This document shows, one piece after another, positions 53,307 to 64,000 of a DNA stretch of 64,000 nucleotides. The stretch is from Lingula anatina (taxonomy: Eukaryota > Animalia > Brachiopoda). The number at the start of each line of letters is the position of its first letter. The first letter of the stretch is position 1. A program made the position numbers and the translations under genes. The stretch is from assembly GCA_051362555.1 (NCBI GenBank), contig CM120641.1, forward strand, positions 30,510,401-30,574,400. Direction: 5' to 3'. The notes beneath the pieces were generated by a model, which saw only the letters and a list, made by a program, of their open reading frames with translations, had not been told where the DNA came from and made no database searches.

Positions 53307-56300
53307 CACTGCATGAAAAATCAGCTTTTATATATCCTGAAAGATGATCAAAAGGCCTCCTGTTATTCACCTTCTCACACCTTTCCTAGACCTTTCGTTT
53401 TTTTAGGAAAGGTGTAAAAGACGATCTTTTGAATGACTTTTGTATAAGCGAAAAGGTATACAAATGGCCCACTTTTCTTTACCTTTTCTCTACACAAAAG
53501 ATTAACTTTCATAAACCTTTTGATGTAAAAAGACGATCTTTTGCTTGAAGAAAAGGTATTCTCAAGTTCATCATTCATCAGCTTTTTGCATGCTAAATGG
53601 CATATGAATGATCCACTTTTCTCTACCTTTTCCTGACAAAAAGTCCAACTTTCAGATGCCTTTTGTGCAACTTTCCAGATACAAAAGATAACCTTTTCAA
53701 ACCTTTTTATTTAAGAAAAGACTGTATTTTTTCTTCTTTTGTTACGTATTTTAATGTAATATTTATTGCGGCAATTTAATAATATATTGATAAACAGAAC
53801 AACACATGGTATAAATTTTAATAATTTATTCCATTATAACATTTTTGTGCAGGTTGTGCTTGTCTTTTGAAAGTTTTTGATAATCCAAGGAAATTTAATT
53901 TTCTTGTTTTGATAATCCAAGAAAGGCTCAGGAAATGTTCTCTAAATGTACTTTCAGCCAGTTCCATTAGTCCTACTATATATGCGTAACTTCCCACTCT
54001 CGTGGGAGTAGTATTCCTGGAATCGTCTGTCAAGTGAACACTTTGCCTGCACAAATCTTTGCCTTTTGCCTCCTGAAAAATAGGATGCATGTAATGATAA
54101 ATGTTGTTTTGGGTAACAGTTCATTTTAATGCTAATCAAATATGATAAAAACAAGGGCAACTTTTATGTCTAATAATGATGTTAGAAGTATTTTCAAATT
54201 ATGGACTTAAAGCCATCAAACGGCTTAAAAAAGAGATTTTACCTCCTTACTTTTTTTTCCATATTTTTTGTTTCAGCTCATCCAGTCCTTTTGCTTGTTT
54301 TAGAACATCCTCCTACTTTTCAGATCTGTAGTATCTTTTAATGGCACCTAGTAAAGAAATAAAAAGAGTGAACTATTTGAGTGTAATATCATGCAAAAAG
54401 TTTTCAATTAGGGAAATATGAATAATGACATAACTACAAGTAATGATGAAAATATGCATTCATGATTACTGCTAGGCAACTTGATTGAGCCTTGCACAGA
54501 ACTTAGATAGGCTCCTGTATTACATACCCCATTCTTCTCTTCCAATTTTTTTTGCCTTAGCTCATCCACTTTGTTTGCTTTTATATGCTGTTCAGACAGC
54601 CTGTCTTTTAATAGCATCTGGAAAAGAAATAGTGATTTTAAGATAGTGAATTCTTTTAGTGTAATATCATACAAAAAGTTTTCATTTCTGAAAATATGAA
54701 TGCTGAAATAACTACATTGTCATACAATGATGAAGATATTCATGATTACTGCTCAGGGTCCATACAGCAACATAAAAGCAATTTAAATGACTTTTGGGGC
54801 TCTTAATCAATAACTTTTCAATAACTCAATGCGTCTTACTGTCATTTTTAAAGTTTACATAGAAAAGAGGAGCATCAATTTACACAAACTTTGTTGCTAA
54901 CATAAAATATGTTCTCTTTCACCGTGAAGACATTTCATATGAGCAATCTCAGTAAATATGGGAAATGAGCCATAGGCTTCCCTCTACCAAGGCCGCAGTT
55001 ATTATGCTGTGGATATTATTTGCTTTTACAGTACAGAGATAAGCCATCTGTTTAACCAGAGATGCATCTTTTAATATCTAGTGAAAAATCAATCTATGGC
55101 CCTGGTAGAGGGTAGCCAGAGGCTGCGGTGTGTTGATTTTGATGCTGTCTCAACCATTATTGTGACGGACTCCACAAATATCAGCCAATTGTGTTTGTGA
55201 AGACATAACGCGAGACGGGGAGGGGGATGAAATGGTTATAAAGAAATTACCTAATAAATCAATGGAAATGAAAACATGCTAAATTAGATGTCGACGAATC
55301 TTTAAGCAGAGAAAGTTGGATTAAAAGGAAATATGTTGAAATAAAACGGCACTAAAATGATGGGTGGAGGGTATGATGATGGTATAAAAGGTTTGGGAGA
55401 GTCGGGGAAATTGAGTTTTGAGAGCGTTCGGGTGTTTACTGGTGTCTTTTAACTTTAACACACCAGTTTATTCAAACTTTTGCAGCTTTTGTCTTTAAAA
55501 ATCCCTGTAAAGATTATTTTTTAAATTTATGTAACCACCGTATGTTTCAGCTATAGTAATTCCTAAAGGTGAACTTAAAATACATGACGTCTATTTAGAA
55601 AGAGCGCCATTTCAAAAATCGCAGCCCTGGAAAATTAACTGGCAAAGCGTGAACGATACGAAAGGAACTAAAATTAAAATGGGCTAAAAATGGAACATAA
55701 ACTGCCGACAGAATTTACTTGGAGTCAAAGTTTGCTATTTTTGAACTACACAAACTGTCAGCTTTAATTTTCACATCAAGTATGTTTGCCGACTTGCACG
55801 AAATATTCACATTTTCATTTATGCACTGGGACCTATTTGCGTGACAATCCAGAATATATACATCAGAAAACATAAAACAGAAGTGGTAATGAATGAGCCG
55901 AATTGCCGAACTGTCAACATTGGCAATGGACTAAAATAGTACGGTTTGAAGGGCAGAAAGATAATTTTATCTTATTTTTAAATTAAAAATGAATTTGTTA
56001 CGAAGTGACATATTTGGGACTTCACAAAGAAATCTGAACAATATTTCAAAAATGTTCCAGTAACATAAAAAGTTAGGCTAACGACTGAGTGTCACCTCTA
56101 CCTGAGGTGTGCAATAAGCCACTCAACGCCGACTGAAATATCGGGGCGCAAAAATTGACTTGTTTTAATTATTGATTAAAACAGGCTGTTAGTACAACCA
56201 AGTTGTAAAACAGCCGGTAAAACTCTTGAAACATTGAAAGACTTGAATTGGAATATAATAAATTTTTTAATTGCCTATTTAATTTTTCTATATCATTTTG

Positions 56301-57190
56301 TATAGTCAAAGTATTTTAGCAAACTGCTGACAACACATTTATAACCGAGGCGTTTCTTTCCACTATTGTGTGTGTGTATGTGTGTGTGTGTGTGTGTGTG
56401 TGTCGTGGGGGACGTAGGTCTTGCGCGGGAATCTCCCTCTCTGGCAATTGTCAATATTGACAGGTATGTAATGGTCCGGGAGAATATAGGAAGTTGAGTT
56501 ACAACAGGGTTAATGCTACAGTATTTGACCTCATAGTCTGTCTCATCATGATTGTGACGGTGTCCATGAAAATCATCATATTGTGCTAGTGAAGACAACG
56601 ATAAATGATAGAGGGCGCTGATATGATCATTTTCATATAATTTCTCCGGAGTATAGTAAGAAAATTTTTAAAATACTAAAAACTTTTTGTACTAAATAGT
56701 TACACTTATTTCAAAACTGTCCAAATTTCTTGTATTTCATTTATATGAGAAAAGAGTACCATGTAACAGTGATAACTGTGCTTGAAGCCCCTGCATGCGA
56801 TAGATTTTTTTACTCTGGGAATTCACGTCGAGACGTTGTCTAGGATCAAGAAGCCGAACAACTAAAGCTAATTATCTGTAAAATTTTACCTATTTATAAT
56901 AACACGCTTTATATTAATGATCATCGGTCTATTTGATCAATGCTTTTATCAAGCTTTATTATTTTCTCTCGTAGCGACTCATAATATATCATAATATAAC
57001 CCAGTAAGTTTGAGAATTGAAAAAAAAAAACATGGTCATCAATTTAGTGCCATAACAGTGAAATATGCACGGTGACGACGACGGACGCAGGCGATGGCGA
57101 TGTTTATATACACATATACACTGCATGCGACTTTTGGTAGGCCCCAGATAAATAAAGTTTTTTAAGTCGGGCCTAGTCCGTAGTACTAAA

Positions 57191-58862
57191 CAACATTGGT
57201 CAAAAAGGTTGTCCCACCCCCAGTTTTATGTGTTTTTATTAATAAACGATCATACCACATTAGTTAATTGCTATGAATAGTGATTTTCATTCCAGATACC
57301 ATTAGTTACATGATTATTGGTACAGAAAATACAAACTACCAGTTAAGATATCCGTGTCATATTTAATACCATTTATTCACATTTATTACATGTACCCCCT
57401 CAAATCCGAAGTTCCAGTGTCATTTCCAAGGAGGTAAAGAAATTTCCATTTAATTGAAATGACACCACCGAAAGTCACCAAATTTACACACATTTAGCAT
57501 TAGGGTATGCTCGTTAAAGGTCACGTGTCTATTAGCATGTGTGGCCACATGTGTAATTATCTCCTGTAGACGGCGCCACTGCCTTCAACAAGGGCAGCAA
57601 TTCTGTTTTGTGGGATATTGCCCCATGTTTCCTAAAAAAGCTTGGCGGAATTGGTCCGGACTATTTGTGATTTGGTTCTCCTTTGGATTGCACACTTCAA
57701 TTCATGCCACGGGTGCTCAGTAGGTTTATTATCATGATTCAAAGATTGTTTCTCCAGCCTCAGAACATTGGGTTTCTGCAACAAATCATGATCACTCACC
57801 ACATGAGAACTGTGTGCAAGTGTGCTGTCATGATGAAGCCTGGATCACCCCCGAAGTACCCTCTTGCAGATGGAATGAGGTATCAGTTGAGAAAGGTAGG
57901 TTCAGTGACCCCAGAACTACCAGAACTTGGTCAATCATCACTAGGAACAAGTTGGTTTTGCTGAAGAATCAATGTATTTCTTGTATTCCATCGATGGTCA
58001 AATTAGGGTCCATAGACATGTTGCAGAATGCATTTTGGAAGGTTTGAGCACGATAATATCGACTGAGGTGTCAGATCAGTCCACGTTTGGCAAGAATTCC
58101 AAGCCCATGGTTTTAGTGCATTGTTCTTTCCAGAAAAGAACGTTATTGGGGCAATTCACTGAAACATTCTCAACAAATATCTCACTCCATTTGCAAGAGG
58201 TGACTTCAGGGATACTGCAGGCGTCATCGTAGAAATGCACTTGCTCACAACTCTCGTCTGCAGAGTGATTTGTTGCAGAAACCCAATGTTCAGAGGATAG
58301 AACAACCACCTCTGAGCCTTGTTATTACCCTTATTAAACATCTGTGGCATGACTTGAAGTGTGCAATGCAAAGGAGAACCAACCTCTTAATAATCTGGAC
58401 CAACTCCCCCAAGCTCTTTAGGAAGAATGGGGCAATATCCCATAAAACAGAATTGTTACCCTTGTTGAAGGCAGGCCGCGCCACCTACAGGAGGTAATTA
58501 AAGTACGCGATAAACACAAACGCTATTAAATAATGAGCCTTTAACGAGCACACCCTAATGGTAAATGTGTGTAAATTTGGTGACATTTGGTGGTGTCATT
58601 TCAATTTAGTGGACATTTCTTTACCTCTGTGAAAATAACAGTGAAACGTCGAATTTGAAGGGGTACATGTAATAAATGTGAATAAATGGTATTAAATATT
58701 GATATCTTCACTACTAGTTTGTGTTTTCTGTCTGACTAATCATGTTAGTTATGGTATTTGGAATGAAAATCACTATTTATAACAATCTTCACCTATGATG
58801 TGATCATTTATGAATAAAAGCACATGATACTGAAGGTGGGACAACCTTTTTGACTAATGTTG
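57191..58862. mobile_element. Fold-back Tc1 derivative made of two inverted transposase 3' halves
   Basis: Ends CAACATTGGTCAAAAAGGTTGTCCCACC / GGTGGGACAACCTTTTTGACTAATGTTG|TA. Decayed DDE C-terminus reads IKHLWHDLKCAM on + and EHPWHELKCAI on -. Confidence 0.85.
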
Positions 58863-59121
58863 TATTATGTGCAACGAATAACATTTACTTCAGTTGGCGT
58901 TCTGCAGTTAGATTACCTGTTATGTACAATTTAATACCTATTACAACTAATACGTCAGCATGTACTGGTGTAAATGAGTGTGCAGCAGTTTTTGGCAGAT
59001 ATCTACACAACAAGAGGTCGCTAAACTACAACAAAATTTTACAAAGATTATACGCACAACATATGCGAGTGGCTTGTTTCCAAATAATTTCTATTTAAAG
59101 ATGACAGTGTACAGGATGGGT

Positions 59122-59250
59122 AGTGTGCTAGGAACAGTAGTCCGTTCCCCATTTCTTTGTACAGGTGACATTCGTCCCATATACTAACCCCAATACTTCA
59201 ACTAACCCTAACGTGTACTAATTATCATACGGGAATCCGGGACTTCCATT
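59122..59250 (+). mobile_element. Short interspersed element; second copy at about 62905-63058
   Basis: Shared TTTGTACAGGTGACATTCGTCCCATATACT..CTAACC..GGACTTCCATT. Confidence 0.7.
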
Positions 59251-59428
59251 TCTGTGAAAACGGGACGCAGCGTCGTTCAATTATCGATTAACTTCTTTTT
59301 ATCAGGGACATCATGAATAGTTGTGGCGGACACATGTCAAAATATTTTGGGGGTGTTTGTGTTGTTATTTATGTTTTGTTAGTCCTGCAACATATATTTC
59401 GTGTATTATGAAAAGAAGAATTTCATCC

Positions 59429-59475
<47 letters not shown>

Positions 59476-60834
59476 CTGAGGGGTTGCTGTTCTGGGCCCC
59501 GTAACTCGAAAGCACCGCGTATTGCGAATAGCGATACATGTATCACATAGAGGCTACACTGTATTATAGGGGGAGAGTATGGGCGAGTTATGGAATCTAG
59601 ACGCTTGCGCTCGGTGGCAATGCTTTCGAGTTACGGGGCCCTGTTCTGTTGAAGAGCGAGCGTCATATACAATTAAAGTACTGCTAAAATCCCGACCACA
59701 ATTCAAGAAATCTCTTCAATTGAAGCGACCAGCAATTTTTTTCATGGACCAAGAAGCGTGCAGCCACTCTTGGGATAATCTTTCCCGGATAGATTTTAGA
59801 TAGCTTTTGTTCCATTTGTGAACACATCTTCTCTACTGCCCATTTCAAAGTGCTACATGTAGCTTGTACATTTATGTGGGCTGATAGAGTGAAATATATG
59901 CTAATACATGGACTTTGTGTGTACTTATTGAAAAAAAAAACAACGCTTCCAAAGTACAAATATAATTTCTCAATATGTAATCTCTAAAGGTTCTTGAGCA
60001 CTCGTTAAGGAGGATTTCATACGAATATCATAACAATACACTTCACCTCTGTAATATCATTCTGTTTTAAGGAGGGTGAAGTGCATTAAGGGTATTATGT
60101 TTAGATTAGTGTTATCAATCAAAACCACCGAGTAATGAACCTGCCAAGTTTCCTGGTCTAGACCGAGGACATTATGTTATAAAGTATAGATTAATACATC
60201 ACTAAGGGACCGGGACCGGAGAAGGAAGGGGAGAAGAAAATTCCTTTGATCACCCTAAAAAATTGGAGACAACAATGAGGTTTTTCCGGATTGATTGAAT
60301 ACCCCCCCACCCCTCCCCCATTAAAAATAAACGTGTGAAAACTCTAATTTTAATTTCAATTTTTTTTTTGAGATCTGGCGAGTAGGGTGGCCAAGAAAAG
60401 TCTAAGTGGCGTGAGTGTTGATGATTGAAATTAAAATTATAATCATACACTGATACACACACCAGTAGCACAACGAGAAGGAAGTTGGTATTTTGTGCAC
60501 ATTTGCAAACACATATAAAGGTCGCTATGGCAAAGTAAAAACATTTGGTTGGAAGAAAACAACTAAACTGATTGAAAGAGAACGGTTTGTCCTTTTCGCA
60601 TTAGGAAAAAACAATGCTTGTAAAGCTATATTTTAAACTACTCTCCTGAAATGTCTCGTTTCAAATTTGACTAAATATTTGCAGAGCGTCGATCCCTAAG
60701 TCAGCCAACGTTTGAACAAGAAAGAAGAGTTGATCTTCAAACTCTTCTTGTTGATAAGATATGCTTTTCATTGGAAGTATACCCTTAACGATAAACTATA
60801 TGCATGATTAAATAACCTCACTCGAAGGTGAAAC

Positions 60835-61246
60835 ATGGAATCGACAGGAGTTGGAGGGATAGTACTCTCCGTCTTTTTCATAATTTTCGGGACTCGTTCG
60901 GCGCTTTCAAATGCTTATACTGTCATAGACATCTCGCCTACCACGGATATGACGTTACGTTTATCAGAGCAACCGTTCCACGTCAACAATTCCATCACAG
61001 TACCACAGGGGGTAACGCTGAATGTAGAACCTGGCGTTACCGTTAAATTCGGCCCGGCTGTCGGTGTGCGCGTTGAGGGACGGTTTTTGGCAGTGGGACA
61101 ACCGGACAAACGTATACTTTTCACGGCTGCAGACCCAGGCAATGTTGAAAGGTATGATAAGCAGTCACCCGTTTGGTTCGATGGTGCACGATTGGCCGGG
61201 GACTTCACGGAAACTCATCATGGACGCCTGGAACTTTTATACCAAG
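60835..61246 (+). CDS. Exon 1 of a bark beetle/anakonda-like SRCR protein (signal peptide, beta-helix-like segment, start of SRCR)
   Basis: AAACATGG start, hydrophobic signal, PFHV..ITVPQGVTLNVEPGVTVKF..GRFLAVG..RILFT, then RLAG..GRLELLYQ, ending at a phase-1 donor CAAG|GTATCT. Confidence 0.9.
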
Positions 61247-61552
61247 GTATCTGCAGTCTAGAAAGTCTTTGTGTTTTTGGAGCATTTCTTTCTTTCTTGT
61301 TTTCTTTTTTCTTTTTGTAATTATCATAGGAGCCTAATGGGAAGGGGCCAAAGCGAAATTACTATCCCTTCTCACATATTTAAATACATCAGTTATAAAT
61401 GCAAGAGTCTCACCCTCCCTCCTCCCATGACCACAGACAGGCGTTATTCTTTAATCTTTTTGAATTATTAGCCCCCATCTGACTTTCTACTAACCGGAAT
61501 ATTCATTTTCACAAAAATTTGTTAAAGAGTACGTAACATTTTTTCCTTTCAG

Positions 61553-61768
61553 GTAGTTTTGGCACCGTTTGTCAAAATGGCTGGGGTAGTTCCTACTACA
61601 ACAACAACAACAGAGTTGTTGCTAGGATGTTGGGATATCAAACGTGTACCAAAGTATATAACAGAGGCAGTGGCACTGGAAGTATTCTTCTGAACAACGT
61701 GAGATGCAATGGACATGAGAGCTCCCTCTGGGACTGTCCTCACGATGGGGTCCGTGTACACAATTGTT
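61553..61768 (+). CDS. Exon 2, SRCR domain body; the gene continues beyond what can be resolved
   Basis: TTTCAG acceptor in compatible phase. Reads GSFGTVCQNGW..VVARMLGY..GSGTGSILLNNVRCNGHESSLWDCPHDGVRVHNC, then a GTGAGT donor. Confidence 0.92.
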
Positions 61769-63058
61769 GTGAGTATCTTACTTACCTGTTATCTTTATTC
61801 ATGTATTTACCACTTTTGAGAACCATGATATTGCAATTGTGTTATCTTTTATAATAGCCTAAGGCCAATGTCAGGGATGTTTCTTTGTTTGGTGATTGTC
61901 AGAGTGATCTATCACGAAAAAATTAAACTTATAATAATCAGGTCCATTTTTTCACTGCTAACCACAGAAAAGATAAACTCGACACTTTTACAGACGACTG
62001 TGTCTACATCATGTGAACATTTATTTTAACCTAATTTTTTTGTTTGTTTATTTGTCAATTTTATTTCGAACATGAAAGTTTGCACATGTATTAGATGGAA
62101 TATAATGTAAGTTCAGGTATTAATATCACTAGTACAAGTGTCTTTAAGTGATTGCAAAAGTTCTCTTTGTGCAGTATTTGATACATTCTTGACAACTAGG
62201 GGAAGTTAGACAAACTTAATTAGTTAGACAGTCAGACAGAACTTTTTACCAAAAAAGACAAAAAGTGAACTGTGGTCACAAGTCTGCTAGAAAGGAAAAC
62301 AACACAAATCATTTTCTGTTTTACCAGTATTGTGTTGTACCGATGATGGAATTTGGACCATTTACTCCACGTGCGACATGCACTCATTCTGGTTTCAAAT
62401 AGCTGTTGTTGGTACGTTCTTAAACATTACTTACAATGAGGACATGAAGCTATATACCGATGTGAAATGTAAGAGTTTGACCATTTGATTTTTTATCAGG
62501 TAGTTTGTAAAAGGTTATCATGATTTCTATACTGCTCTGTTATAATATGTATAGTGGCAGATCCAGGATGTTGCTAACAGCAGAGAGGGCGTCAACACAA
62601 GTATCAATAAATTCTGCCTGGTTTCTCGTGGCAATATTCAATGTTAGGTTGAGGTAATATTACTGTCATATATACCGTGCAGATATGGAACATGCTTTAA
62701 GAAAGGCCTGCCCTGTTCACCTTAGCTGCTGGTGACCCTGTCCTTGGGTATGTCTTTGCATGGAAACCAAAATGATAAAGTATCATACAGTTATTGTCTG
62801 TCTTTCTGTTGTTAGTAATCTATAGTTAAGGAATGGAGATAATGTAATATCAATTTACAGTTAGAACAATATAGAGGAGCTGAATGTCAGTTTGTACCGG
62901 CCTGACAGGAATGGAAGTCCGTTAGGAACCGTAGTCCTCTCCCCGTTATTTTGTACAGGTGACATTCGTCCCATATACTTACCCTTATACGACGACTAAC
63001 CATAACCTGTACTAATAATATGGACTTCCATTCCTATAGGACCACCATTCCTGCCACA

Positions 63059-63530
63059 CAGTTTTTTCCTATTTTTGCTGACTGATAAATGGAAACAAGG
63101 ATTAAAATCTGTTTTTATAACTTTTAATATCTTTTATGTCATTGTGACATCAGTTCATTAATTGAATTTGCCAGTGAAGCAATTAAAAATGCATTGCCTA
63201 TTCTATGTCACACGACAAACATTAAAAACGAGAATTTAGATCTCCCCATTTTCCAAATTATCGTCTTTTAAATACAGACTTGACATTTAATATGGAATAT
63301 TCTTTTCCAAATCACTTTTCATCAGTTTTTTCCTATTTTGCTGACTGATAAATGAAAATAAGGATTAAAATCGTGTTTTAATAACTTTTAATTATCTCTT
63401 TGATATCATTGTGACATCAGTTCATTAATGGAATTCACCAGAGAAGCAAACAAAAACACATTGCCTATTCTACGTCATACGACAACAATTAAAAGAGATA
63501 TTTTGGATCTCCATATTTTCCAAATTTTTT
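63059..63530. repeat. Two-copy tandem duplication, about 265-bp period (intronic)
   Basis: CAGTTTTTTCCTATTTT..GCTGACTGATAAATG..GATCTCC..ATTTTCCAAATT occurs twice. Confidence 0.85.
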
Positions 63531-63589
63531 CTGTAAAAGAGTAACATGCCTCACAAAGAACCCCCATGTCAGTGTCTAGTCACAGTAAC

Positions 63590-64000
63590 GATCGCTGTTA
63601 CGCTTGACCTCTTCTGTCTGCTACCAGCGCACTCAAGTGGCAAGGCATTCCTTGGGTTAGGTTTTTAGAGTTCAATCTGGAATAACATTCCAGCCATCGG
63701 TCAAAATCTGTCCAATCTGTGGTAGGACATGTAGGCCATTGATTTGGCGAGTAATGGCCTACCCACATATTGTCTATGTGGTTCAAATATGGCGATTTTG
63801 ATTACATGTACCAAGGTAGCTGCTCATCCCCTTGGTTCTGTAAGTAACCTGCTATTAAAAGTGCTCTGTGTGTATCGGCAATTTCACTGTGCAACCTGAA
63901 ATTGTTCCTAAGGTGCCCCCTATCAAATGATAGTCAAGTGGTTCCCAGATTAATCCTTTATTTGATCTGGTTCAGGTTTTCGTGGATGACCATCATTGGT
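63590..64000 (-). pseudogene. Decayed Tc1 transposase C-terminus (intronic)
   Basis: HRA..YLQNQG..LPW..SKSPYLNHIDNMW..NLTQGMPCHLSALVADRRG resembles the Tc1 WPSKSPDLNPIENLW..MP.RL..RGG pattern. Confidence 0.65.

Noticed and set aside
54230-54760. Duplicated exon-like blocks on the minus strand (about 265-bp period)
   Set aside because: One copy has stops and no family is recognisable; probably the interior of a decayed transposon.
56293-56598. 101-aa minus-strand ORF
   Set aside because: The frame is not preserved in the paralogue at 52007-52360 and it runs into a (CA)n tract.
59431-59474. Very long poly-G runs here and elsewhere
   Set aside because: Homopolymer lengths may be sequencing or assembly artefacts, and many runs lie in MITE subtermini.
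61247-61320. Hydrophobic C-terminal tail of ORF 60835-61320
   Set aside because: It is read-through into intron 1; the SRCR domain continues in the exon at 61553.

Overview
AT-rich, repeat-dense eukaryotic genomic DNA with GT-AG introns. The repeat families and gene content suggest an invertebrate, probably a mollusc (inference). The only clear host gene starts at 60835 (+): a secreted or membrane protein with a beta-helix-like segment and an SRCR domain (bark beetle/anakonda-like), of which two exons are visible. The rest is decayed and nested mobile DNA. It includes hAT, Tc1 and L2 remnants, Helentron-type (HINE) elements carrying a 146-bp satellite, two AcademH elements (one with a RecQ helicase pseudogene), two EnSpm-like CCC..GGG elements, a Penelope GIY-YIG fragment, Gypsy and Copia remnants, many MITEs, and a decayed baculovirus-F-like envelope gene between 380-bp direct repeats. 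The most notable observations are the env relic, a 46-bp minisatellite broken three times at the same phase, a five-copy conserved ~60-nt hairpin, and a Tc1 fold-back made of two transposase 3' halves. All family assignments come from motifs recognised by eye; no database searches were run.
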